DNA of 64,000 nt, taken from NCBI GenBank assembly GCA_038832865.1, contig JAWBJE010000006.1, positions 670-64,669 on the forward strand, written 5' to 3'. Of this stretch, positions 29,259 to 38,136 are shown piece by piece. The position numbers were made by a program, and so were the translations under genes. The notes beneath the pieces were generated by a model. The model saw nothing but the letters and a program-made list of their open reading frames with translations. It was not told where the DNA came from and did not search any database. The first letter of the stretch is position 1; every line of letters begins with the position of its first letter. The DNA comes from Sulfolobales archaeon. GTDB taxonomy: Archaea; Thermoproteota; Thermoprotei_A; Sulfolobales; NBVN01.

Positions 29259-30583
29259 GAGCGCACGAGATAGCCGAAGTTCTCCTCAAAGAGCTAAAGA
29301 AGGAGTTCGATGATGTTATAGTTAAGGTAGTCAGCAGAGACACTACTATGCTGAAAATATGGAACAACCAGCCCGGAGTTCTACAGATGTGGAAAGACGT
29401 AGACATACAGCTACTCCTAGGAAAGCAGAGGAGGGTCGCTATTCTAGAATTCAGAGTGGAGTCTCCGGAGGAAGTACTGAGCGCTGTTAGAAGAATAAGG
29501 GACTACATGACGAAAGTTGAGGAGTCGGAGCTTTATGTCGACCTCCCGGAGCCCAAGAAACCTTCACCACTCGAGGGGGGTTACGATAAAAGAGTGGTCG
29601 AGCACTTAACTAATCCCAGGCATTTGGCCGAAGCCATGGTGACCTCAGCTCTTAGCTCAGGCGCCGAAAGGACTGCCGGAACTCTAGAGCTTGAGGAAGC
29701 TGAAATTGTCGTCGCAACAAGCAGGGGCTTTCAGGATAGTTACCGTAGAACCAGGGTTATGGCTTACCTAAGGTCCATCAAGGGAGACATCAGTGGTCAC
29801 TGGGCCTGGGGGTCAACACTTCTCGATGCTAGCGCCTTAGAGGATGTCGGCTCTAGGTCTGCCGAATTCTTGGGGTTCGCTAAAGCAAAAGCCGATTTCG
29901 CACCCGGTAGGTACGACGTAGTGTTGTCTCCACTCGTAGTAGGAAACCTAATCAACTACGTAGCTTCTATGGCTTCAGGTATGGCAATACTCATGGGGAT
30001 GTCGTTCCTTGCTAAAAAGAGTGTCGGTGAGACGATCGCTTCAGAGAGACTCACGCTGATAGATGCTCCACGAGACACTGCGCTACCAGGCCTCGCCCCA
30101 TTCGATGATGAAGGTGTGGAAACCTACAATAAACCGATAATCGATAGAGGGGTTCTTACTTCGATTCTACACAACACAGCCACTGGAAAAGCGTTCAGAA
30201 CCGCGAGCACGGGTAACGCTGGCTGGGTCAATCCTAGACCCTGGAACTTAGTAATAAAACCAGGGAACAGCTCGCTCGACGACATGATATCTGAAGTAAG
30301 AAGAGGTTATGTAATACTGAACAACTGGTATACTAGACTGCAGAACTACGTTGAGGGTCAGTTCTCGACGGTAGCACGAGACTTAGTTTTAGAGGTAAGA
30401 AATGGCAACGTCGTGGGGTATGTAGATAGAATAAGGATAGCCGACAAGTTCGGAACCTTGCTTAAGTCGATTAAGTTGATTGGCAGAGACACTTATGACG
30501 TAACATGGTGGGAAGTTAGAACACCTACAAGAGCTCCCTACATACTAGCGGAAAACATAAACTTGACTAAACCCGTAATATAG
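29255..30583 (+). CDS. pmbA: TldE/PmbA
   Basis: FDDEGV and STGNAG, no HExxxH; overlaps the tldD stop. Confidence 0.92.
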   Translation: MRAHEIAEVLLKELKKEFDDVIVKVVSRDTTMLKIWNNQPGVLQMWKDVDIQLLLGKQRRVAILEFRVESPEEVLSAVRRIRDYMTKVEESELYVDLPEPKKPSPLEGGYDKRVVEHLTNPRHLAEAMVTSALSSGAERTAGTLELEEAEIVVATSRGFQDSYRRTRVMAYLRSIKGDISGHWAWGSTLLDASALEDVGSRSAEFLGFAKAKADFAPGRYDVVLSPLVVGNLINYVASMASGMAILMGMSFLAKKSVGETIASERLTLIDAPRDTALPGLAPFDDEGVETYNKPIIDRGVLTSILHNTATGKAFRTASTGNAGWVNPRPWNLVIKPGNSSLDDMISEVRRGYVILNNWYTRLQNYVEGQFSTVARDLVLEVRNGNVVGYVDRIRIADKFGTLLKSIKLIGRDTYDVTWWEVRTPTRAPYILAENINLTKPVI

Positions 30584-30844
30584 AGCCTCTAGAATGAGCT
30601 CAGCCCAGGCTCAAGGCAGTAGAGTAACCCAAATTCTAGTTTTTTAGCGTTCATTCCCATATAATTGCCGTTAGGTAACTTTTAGGTGACTCAGAGCTGT
30701 GAGTACGCCAACATCTTTTATTTGAGCTTAGGCGTGTGCCTATGTATGGTGATGTGATCGTTAAGCAGCGGTACGATTTTAGTGGACTTGCCCTCGCTAT
30801 GGGACTGAAGTACGAGCGCTACGCGTACTGCGGGTGACCAATAC

Positions 30845-31489
30845 GTGGAGGTGAGATTGAAGCTCAAGTGTGGTAACCCGGCTGCGTGCAGTGAACTAGC
30901 AGAATTCATATCAAAGTCCAAGGGGGTTCGCTCGACTCAAATAATTTACGAAGTGCGGAACGGAATTCTCAATATAGATATCTTCGGTTCTCCCAACGAG
31001 GTACTATCGAGTAAGAAAGCATTACTAAAGGCCTATGAAGAGTGGAGAAGAATTAAAGAGTTCGAATCTGGGAGATCAAGCGGGCTTAACGTAAGAACAC
31101 TTTCCGCACTAGTGGGTAGGCCTACGATCCCCGATGTCGTGGTGTTTCTACTGAGAAATCAGGGCTACTCGGCTGAGCTACAAGGAGACGTACTCGTTAC
31201 TAATGCGCCAGCTACGTTCGTCTTGGACTTAGCTCGCGAAGTGTCTATGAAGCTAGAGGAAGTTTCCAAAGAATTCCCTAGAGCCAGTCGAAACTTAAAA
31301 GCCTTATTGGTGGCTTTATCCGTACTAGGATATGACGCTAGGAGTTTACTTCAGCATTTAATCCAGGTGGGGCTCGTGGAGGAAAACCACAAGCTTAAGC
31401 TGAATACTGAGTGGAGCAGCTTATTAGCTAAAATCGTACACCATAAACTCAGGGTAAGTGAGAGTGAGGCTGGAAGTAAGGAAGGCTGA
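30845..31489 (+). CDS. DUF2067-like protein
   Basis: Position immediately upstream of rpoL and typical size. Confidence 0.65.
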   Translation: MEVRLKLKCGNPAACSELAEFISKSKGVRSTQIIYEVRNGILNIDIFGSPNEVLSSKKALLKAYEEWRRIKEFESGRSSGLNVRTLSALVGRPTIPDVVVFLLRNQGYSAELQGDVLVTNAPATFVLDLAREVSMKLEEVSKEFPRASRNLKALLVALSVLGYDARSLLQHLIQVGLVEENHKLKLNTEWSSLLAKIVHHKLRVSESEAGSKEG

Positions 31490-31751
31490 CGAAAGAGAGG
31501 TCATAATTAAGGTTTTCGGAGAGTCTCACACTCTTGGAAATCTCCTGGCGAAGTCAGCTCTCAGGCATCCGAACGTAAAACTCGCGGCGTACAGCATAGA
31601 GCACCCCCTAGAGGAAGCCTTCGTCTTAAGGATAATAACTGATGGCAATAAGCCGGCCCCTGAGGTGTTGAAAGAAGTAGTCATGAACCTGATAAACCTA
31701 AGTGATGATGTAATGAAGAAGTTTAAGGAAGTGCTGAGTGCTGTGCCTTAG
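31458..31751 (+). CDS. rpoL: RNA polymerase subunit Rpo11 (L)
   Basis: GESHTLGNLL, AAYSIEHPL. Confidence 0.95.
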   Translation: MRVRLEVRKADEREVIIKVFGESHTLGNLLAKSALRHPNVKLAAYSIEHPLEEAFVLRIITDGNKPAPEVLKEVVMNLINLSDDVMKKFKEVLSAVP

Positions 31752-31818
31752 GTAAGTAGATAAAGCATTACACTACGTAAAACTGTCTAGAACGGTCGCT
31801 CACTAGTGAGGTGTCGAC

Positions 31819-32157
31819 TTGGGAGACCCGCCTGCTGACCGGAACTGCGCAGGTCTTACTAAGAGTAATAAAAGTAAAAAGGAGACTAGGATAGCTTTGA
31901 TAAAGAAGCTGCATTCCAAGGGTCTAACTTTAGTCCTAATACTGAGGGGTGTAAAGGGGCTTGAGAAGGTATACGTATTAAGCTACGAAAACGAAGTAGC
32001 AGGTTTATTAAAGCAGTTCTCGGCAGTAGCTTTAGAGATAGACCAACTAGACTTGGATAGTCTATCTAAGTTTCCGAGACAACTTAGGGATGTGATCACA
32101 AATTACAGTGAGTTCCTAGAACGCTTATCTAGCGAGCTAGCCTCACTTATAGGATAG
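31819..32157 (+). CDS. Hypothetical protein between rpoL and tfs
   Basis: GAGGTG RBS before TTG; helical C-terminal half; operon position. Confidence 0.5.
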   Translation: MGDPPADRNCAGLTKSNKSKKETRIALIKKLHSKGLTLVLILRGVKGLEKVYVLSYENEVAGLLKQFSAVALEIDQLDLDSLSKFPRQLRDVITNYSEFLERLSSELASLIG

Positions 32158-32167
32158 GTGAGTTGGA

Positions 32168-32503
32168 GTGGAGTTTTGCCCTAAGTGCGGGTCTCTCATG
32201 CTCCCTAGAAGAGAGGGCGGAAATGCTGTGCTAGTGTGTCCGAAGTGTGGACACACCATTCAAGCTAAGACCAGCTACAAGCACTCCCAGGTAGTGTCTA
32301 GAAGAAAGGAGAGGGAGAAGATAGTCATAGTTGACGAGACTTCTAAGAAGGTGGGTCTACCTATCGCAAGAGGAGTTAAGTGCCCTAAGTGTGGCAACGA
32401 GGAGGCGTACTACGAAGTCCTCCAGACCAGGAGAGCTGATGAACCTCCAACTAGGATCTACAAGTGCACCAAGTGCGGATACGTCTGGAGAGAATACGAG
32501 TAG
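32168..32503 (+). CDS. tfs: Transcription factor S (TFS/RpoM)
   Basis: Two zinc ribbons (CPKC) and the QTRRADEP catalytic hairpin. Confidence 0.96.
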   Translation: MEFCPKCGSLMLPRREGGNAVLVCPKCGHTIQAKTSYKHSQVVSRRKEREKIVIVDETSKKVGLPIARGVKCPKCGNEEAYYEVLQTRRADEPPTRIYKCTKCGYVWREYE

Positions 32504-32512
32504 TGGATGGAG

Positions 32513-33130
32513 CTAGTAATTCAAGAGCATACTACGCATTATGTAGATACTGTGGTCGGCTATTCTCTCTAGAAACACTACCGATAGTAGATCTGAGGTA
32601 AGACAGGGGTCTGATGCAGTGGAAGCCTTCCTAAGGGATACCGCCAGAATCTCATCAATATCCCTTTCTAGACTTTCAGCATAGCTAAGCGTGTCGGCTA
32701 AGGAAGTTGGCTCAATTGTTGGATAAGCTGAGAGTATTCTTATTGATAGTTTAACTAAAGTTATTGCCGATTGTATGGCTCTCCACGAGTTCTCCAAGCT
32801 ACACCCCTGCGGGCTCACTATAGATATAGATCTCGCTACGTCTAGCGCATACCTAGAGAACCTATACAGACCGTAAGAGGTCTCGTAGAAGAGCATAAGG
32901 TTATTGAGGTCCGACGCTGTTGGTTGAAAACGAGCGATCACCTCAATAGTCATCTTCTTAATCTCGTCCTTCAGTTTTAGAGCCTCTTCGGCCTTAAGCC
33001 TATAGTATTCAGGCTCCCAGTTCTTGTTAACTAAGTTTATCGAGATTTCAGCTACTATGTTTGTCAACTCGCTTAGCTTCCTCTTTACGCTCTCCATAGC
33101 TATATCGATAGGTCTCATGTTGTCACCCAA
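32513..33130 (-). CDS. phoU: Phosphate uptake regulator PhoU
   Basis: IARFQPTASDL, LERIADHS; follows pstB. Confidence 0.88.
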   Translation of the reverse strand: MGDNMRPIDIAMESVKRKLSELTNIVAEISINLVNKNWEPEYYRLKAEEALKLKDEIKKMTIEVIARFQPTASDLNNLMLFYETSYGLYRFSRYALDVARSISIVSPQGCSLENSWRAIQSAITLVKLSIRILSAYPTIEPTSLADTLSYAESLERDIDEILAVSLRKASTASDPCLTSDLLSVVFLERIADHSIYIMRSMLLNY

Positions 33131-33893
33131 ACCTCCCCGTTATGTACTTCTCGGTGAGCTTGTTCTTGGGCCTAGTGAATATCTGCCCGGTTGGACCCAC
33201 CTCCAGAATCCGTCCGTCGTACATGAAGGCAACATAATCCGACACCCTAGATGCTTGAAAGGAGTTATGCGTTACTAGAACTACGGTGACGTCTCGCTTG
33301 AGCTCTACTATAAGCTCTTCTATTTTAGCTGAAGCCACAGGATCTAGGTTGGAGGTCGGTTCGTCCATGAGGAGGACTTTCGGCTTCATCGCAAGCGCCC
33401 TAGCTATACACAATCTTTGCTGTTGACCACCCGATAGCTTAGATGCAGGTAGGTGGAGTCTGTCCTTCACTTCATCCCACAAGTAGGCTTTCTCTAGAGC
33501 CCATTTAACTAAGTTGTCCAGCTCCCCCCGGGACCTAACTAGTTTGTTTATTCTTGGTCCTAGCGCTACGTTATCGTATATGCTCATGTTAGGTATCGGG
33601 TTTGGGATCTGGAATACCATACCCACTAGGCGCCTAACTTCCGATGGATCCGTCTTGGGGTTGTAGACATCTACTCCATCAATAAGTATTTGTCCTTTGA
33701 CTGAGACTCCTTCATAGAGGTCTAGAATCCTATTGAGCGACCTAAGCAGAGTCGACTTACCGCTTCCCGACGGACCCATTATCGCAAACACGACATTTCT
33801 AGGTATCTCAAGGTTTACTCCCTTCAATATGCTCCTACCGCCGATGCTTACCCAGAGGTCTCTTATCTGGACTACGAAGTCCACTTTATTCAC
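33123..33893 (-). CDS. pstB: Phosphate ABC transporter ATPase
   Basis: GPSGSGKST, LSGGQQQRLCIARAL, DEPTSNLDP. Confidence 0.96.
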   Translation of the reverse strand: MNKVDFVVQIRDLWVSIGGRSILKGVNLEIPRNVVFAIMGPSGSGKSTLLRSLNRILDLYEGVSVKGQILIDGVDVYNPKTDPSEVRRLVGMVFQIPNPIPNMSIYDNVALGPRINKLVRSRGELDNLVKWALEKAYLWDEVKDRLHLPASKLSGGQQQRLCIARALAMKPKVLLMDEPTSNLDPVASAKIEELIVELKRDVTVVLVTHNSFQASRVSDYVAFMYDGRILEVGPTGQIFTRPKNKLTEKYITGRFG

Positions 33894-34776
33894 CCCTTAT
33901 CGCGAGTTTCGATAATACGAAGAGAGCTAAACAGAGTATTAAGAGAACGAACGATGCCGCCCAACTTAGCTCAACCCAGTTCTCGTATCCTGATAAACCA
34001 AAAGTGTATACTGCCAGGGTAAGGCTCCCTACGGGCCTGAATAGAAGGTTGCTGTCTAGAGGAGGGTATACGTTAGACCCAAACGCTGTGAAGAGTAGTG
34101 CTGCTGTCTCACTGATCATTCTCGCTAAACTTATTGAAAGTGCTGCATAGACTGTGGACTTCAGGTACCTTAGGAGCACATAGGAAGTTAGGGCTCTCCC
34201 CGCTCCTAAAGAGTACACGGCTTCCCTTATGTGCTGTGGAATCGATTTAAGTCCGTCCTCGACTTGTGCGTACATGTAAGGAGCTGACACCATAATTAAA
34301 GCAATAACTCCGGAGAGCAGGCTAAAGGGTCTGAAGCCGGGTATTAAAGCTCTTATGTACGGTGCTAGAGTAGCCATTAACCCGTAGACTGCGAGACCTA
34401 CTACAATAGTCGGAAACTCGATCATCATGTGAGTTAGCAGCCTAGTCAGCCTACCTAGGTTTCTCTCCCAACTTTTAATGGCTTCTGCCGTAAATACAGC
34501 AGCTAGGATGGAGATGGGTGTTCCAATAGCCATCGCTAAGGCAACCAGTAGCATCGTCCCCAGTAAGTGCGGTCCAATTCCACCAACTTCAGATGAACCA
34601 GGAGCCGCCGGTATGTCGAAGAATATACCTGGAAAGTTCTTAAAGACCACACTCACTCCGTTGTAGACAACTGTTCCAATCAGGCTTAACACGGGTAGGA
34701 TGGTTAGGGCGAATGCGGTAGATATCAACGCAAGCATAGTTAGAGACCTGATCTTCCTTAACATCGACGGCTTCAT
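33886..34776 (-). CDS. pstA: Phosphate ABC permease PstA
   Basis: GGIGPHLLGT, PTIVVGL, ETAALLFT. Confidence 0.92.
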   Translation of the reverse strand: MKPSMLRKIRSLTMLALISTAFALTILPVLSLIGTVVYNGVSVVFKNFPGIFFDIPAAPGSSEVGGIGPHLLGTMLLVALAMAIGTPISILAAVFTAEAIKSWERNLGRLTRLLTHMMIEFPTIVVGLAVYGLMATLAPYIRALIPGFRPFSLLSGVIALIMVSAPYMYAQVEDGLKSIPQHIREAVYSLGAGRALTSYVLLRYLKSTVYAALSISLARMISETAALLFTAFGSNVYPPLDSNLLFRPVGSLTLAVYTFGLSGYENWVELSWAASFVLLILCLALFVLSKLAIRGE

Positions 34777-35669
34777 CCTCTCTCACCAAACTTTAGTAAC
34801 ATTATGTTGATAGCGAGACTCACAAGGAACATCACTAGTGCTGAGTAGAAGAGCGCGTGCTTCATGAAGTAGTACGCCTCAGCGTTAGGGTACTGGTCGG
34901 CTATCAGACTCGATATAGTATAGCCAGGTTTAAATACTTTGAAGAACTCCGTGTTAATAACGTTTCCCACGACCATAGCTACAGCCGCAGTTTCTCCAAC
35001 AGCTCGACCGTAGGAAACAGCAGCAGCTGTGAGAATAGACCTCTTAATGTACTTAAGCTCCAGAGCTATTACTTCAACTTTCGTGAGACCGAGTGAGTAC
35101 AGCGCTTCCCTTATATGGGGTGGTACCGCTAGAAGTCTCTCTCTAATAATAGCTGAAGCCAGTGGAGTAACCATTATAGCTAGAAGTATCGAGGCCGTAA
35201 AGATAGATGTCCCAGTAGGAGTGGGTCTACCTACAAATTGCGATAAACCTAGCTCTGACAACGGCTCCATAATGTACGTCCTTAAAACTGGAGATAAAAC
35301 CTTCAATCCCCACAACCCATAAACTACACTAGGTATCGATGCTGCTAAGTCCATTAAGTTCTTCACTACTACCCTAAACCTCCTAGGCAAGAACTCTGCG
35401 TACATTACGGCAGACCCTATCGATAAAGCAAGTGAGAAAACCAAGGCTAGAGAAGCTGTTACTAGGGACCCACCGAGGGCAAATAGAAACCCATACTCCT
35501 CCTTAACAGGGTTCCAAATACTCGTCACTAGAGGCAACAAGCCGTCTCGAGCAATAATTGGAAGACTTTCTACAACCAAAACTAGAGAAACAAGAACTAC
35601 GGAGAGTATTAGAATAAAGTTAGCTAATGAAACTATAGTAAATACATCTAAAAAACGCCTTAGTCTCAT
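34773..35669 (-). CDS. pstC: Phosphate ABC permease PstC
   Basis: WNP...YG, IPSVVYGLWG, GRAVGET. Confidence 0.93.
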   Translation of the reverse strand: MRLRRFLDVFTIVSLANFILILSVVLVSLVLVVESLPIIARDGLLPLVTSIWNPVKEEYGFLFALGGSLVTASLALVFSLALSIGSAVMYAEFLPRRFRVVVKNLMDLAASIPSVVYGLWGLKVLSPVLRTYIMEPLSELGLSQFVGRPTPTGTSIFTASILLAIMVTPLASAIIRERLLAVPPHIREALYSLGLTKVEVIALELKYIKRSILTAAAVSYGRAVGETAAVAMVVGNVINTEFFKVFKPGYTISSLIADQYPNAEAYYFMKHALFYSALVMFLVSLAINIMLLKFGERG

Positions 35670-35683
35670 GTAAGTTCACCCTG

Positions 35684-36877
35684 TTAGCCCCGAGGTTTTA
35701 GTAGCTCAAGGTATTGTAGTGCTTTAACCCTCATTTCTTCCGGTAGCGGTACGAAGCCTTCGACAATATTTTCCGGCTTTTGTCCTTCTGTTAGAACCCA
35801 CTTAAAGAACTCGTATAGAGCGTCTGCTAGGTCTTTCGGTAAGTCTACGTACATAAAGACCGCCGGAGTTCCAACGATCGGATAAGATAATCGACCTTCT
35901 CTATTTATATAATGCTTGAGTGGTAGATCTCCCCAAAACTCCTGAGGACCCGGTAGTTCTATAGCCGCAGTCCTTAAAGCCTCCATTACCGTAGTTGCGT
36001 TAGGATATACGAAGTAGCCATCCCTGTTTCTTAGCATCGCTACCGGAAGCTTTAACTGCACAGCGTAAGCTAGTTCGACGTACCCGATGGAGTTAGGTGT
36101 GGCCCGAACTTTAGCTGAAACTCCCTCGTTTCCTCTAGCTCCCTCGCCTAAACCTAAGGCATCTCTCGGCCAGATAACTGTGTACCCGTAGCCTACTTTT
36201 TCAGCCCACTCCCTTGATACCAAGGAGAGGTACATCGTGAAGAGAGCTGTTGTACCACTGCCGTCACTCCTATGTATAGCGAATATTTCAGCATCTGGAA
36301 GGAAGTCGCGACACCTATCCTCCTGAAGTTCAACGATCCTTGGGTCGGACCACCTGATTATCTTACCCAAGTATATGTCAGCTATGATTTCACCAGTGAG
36401 CCTTAGGGTACATCCAGCCTCACTAAAACGAGGCAAATTGTAGACCAGAGCTACGCTTCCAGCTATTATTGGTATCTGAATAAACCTCTTCCCGCTCTCC
36501 TTTAGTCTCTCGTAACCAGTTCTTGATATAGCAATGTCGCTAGCACCAAAGTCGAGTGCGCCTTCCAGCCACTTAGCTTCTCCCGCACCACTTCCGATCG
36601 ACTGGTAATTGATTACAATAGATCCCCCGGTTTTCTCCATAAATACTCTAATCCATGCCTGCATTTGCGGATTTATGAAGGATGCTCCACCACCCGTGAT
36701 ATATACTAGCCGCGCCGTAGTTTTACTCTCAGGTTGAATACTAACCGTCGCTGTCTCGGTTTGACTTATTTGTTTTTGAACCATCAAAATGCTTATCGTA
36801 CCAAGCACTAGCGCTATACCCACGGTCAACACCAGCGTTCGGGTTTTCGCTACACTACTTCTTAAGCTACGTTCCAT
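35684..36877 (-). CDS. pstS: Phosphate-binding protein PstS
   Basis: GGASF, YQSIGSGAG, DFGASD, HRSDGSGTT. Confidence 0.96.
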   Translation of the reverse strand: MERSLRSSVAKTRTLVLTVGIALVLGTISILMVQKQISQTETATVSIQPESKTTARLVYITGGGASFINPQMQAWIRVFMEKTGGSIVINYQSIGSGAGEAKWLEGALDFGASDIAISRTGYERLKESGKRFIQIPIIAGSVALVYNLPRFSEAGCTLRLTGEIIADIYLGKIIRWSDPRIVELQEDRCRDFLPDAEIFAIHRSDGSGTTALFTMYLSLVSREWAEKVGYGYTVIWPRDALGLGEGARGNEGVSAKVRATPNSIGYVELAYAVQLKLPVAMLRNRDGYFVYPNATTVMEALRTAAIELPGPQEFWGDLPLKHYINREGRLSYPIVGTPAVFMYVDLPKDLADALYEFFKWVLTEGQKPENIVEGFVPLPEEMRVKALQYLELLKPRG

Positions 36878-36910
36878 CTTTACCTTCCCGTAAGTAGTCT
36901 TACATAGATT

Positions 36911-36961
36911 GTTTATAAGACTGTATATGTTACATGATATCTTGATATATTATAACATATA
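36911..36961 (-). promoter_or_regulatory. pstS promoter: TATA box plus 9-bp inverted repeat (candidate Pho-box)
   Basis: TTATAAAC on the minus strand within 36911-36920; TATATGTTA (36924-36932) and TAACATATA (36953-36961). Confidence 0.55.
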
Positions 36962-37015
36962 GTACGATTCGTAAACAAGTAGGTTTAAAAGGGTGTACGT
37001 GTAGAGAGACGCTCT

Positions 37016-38008
37016 TTACGCTTTAGAATAGAGGCTATCTAGTATAACATTTGTTACTACTTCGGCTATGTCCGTTATGTAGTCGTAGATCCTCATTACA
37101 TGGTAAGCAACAAGCATTCCGCCTTCCTTGCGGAGTCTGGGGATAACACTGTGCTTGTAGGACTTCTTGTTCTCTATTATATTGATGAGTCTAGTTATAG
37201 TGTTAGTATCCCTCGCGCTATTTCGTTCTTCGAGTACTGCTTTAAACGATTCTACAATATTGTGGTAGCTTATCAGGAGCGACCTGATTTGTGCGATAGT
37301 CTCGTACTGCTGTATTGGTGAAGCGTGCATTTCTTGAACTAGCTGAACGATATGGTCTGAAAGCCTCTCTAAGTACCTCGACACTAGTAATAATTGGACC
37401 ACCGATCTCGACTCTACTGACCTCAGGTAAGCCTTCCCAACGTTCTTATAGACGGCCCTCTCGACCTCAAACCAGGCCCTATCGACCTCGTCGTCTAGCT
37501 CTTCAATAGCATCCACGTATTCGTCGGGGATATTAGGAGCTCTTTCCAGCGCCTCTATAGAGTACTTGAATAGTGCGGAGACACTGTTAAACTCTCTGGA
37601 TAGCGCCTTCGCAGGGTCCTCAACTTCGCGAGCTATTGCTATGTCCACGAAGTTCTCTCCCTCCTCTACTATCTCGTAGCCTGGAGTGTAATTTAGTAGT
37701 GAGACTATGTGCCTCCTTATAGCTAAGCTTATCTTCTTTTTAGAGCTAAGTCGCACTCTGTCAAACCCTAAGACATATAGTGAAATTAGAGCATACTTTA
37801 GGTCTGCGTCAAGTATATCGTCTAAGTCTACAACAGCTTCTCTCCTCTCCTCTTTTTCTGTCTCTATACACAGAAATCTGTCTACGTACCTAACTCTAAC
37901 CTTAGATCCTCTCGTCAAGTTGTTCATATCACACCATTCTTTCGGTAAGTACAAAGCTAGAGAACCACCTAGCTTCTGGAGACTTCTTATCTCTTGTTTT
38001 ACGCTCAT
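37016..38008 (-). CDS. AbrB-PhoU fusion phosphate regulator
   Basis: N-terminal AbrB-like RSLQKLGGSLALYLPKEW; PhoU-like DDEVDR and YLERLSDH. Confidence 0.9.
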   Translation of the reverse strand: MSVKQEIRSLQKLGGSLALYLPKEWCDMNNLTRGSKVRVRYVDRFLCIETEKEERREAVVDLDDILDADLKYALISLYVLGFDRVRLSSKKKISLAIRRHIVSLLNYTPGYEIVEEGENFVDIAIAREVEDPAKALSREFNSVSALFKYSIEALERAPNIPDEYVDAIEELDDEVDRAWFEVERAVYKNVGKAYLRSVESRSVVQLLLVSRYLERLSDHIVQLVQEMHASPIQQYETIAQIRSLLISYHNIVESFKAVLEERNSARDTNTITRLINIIENKKSYKHSVIPRLRKEGGMLVAYHVMRIYDYITDIAEVVTNVILDSLYSKA

Positions 38009-38136
38009 ATATACCCTATAATAATTTCATATAGCACCAAATATATGCTAACTATGAAGTCCTGTCGACTTGTTACCACCTCTCGGGTTGGAGTTAAGTC
38101 ATAATAGCTGCTAGTGCTATTTAGTGCTTAAGTAAG

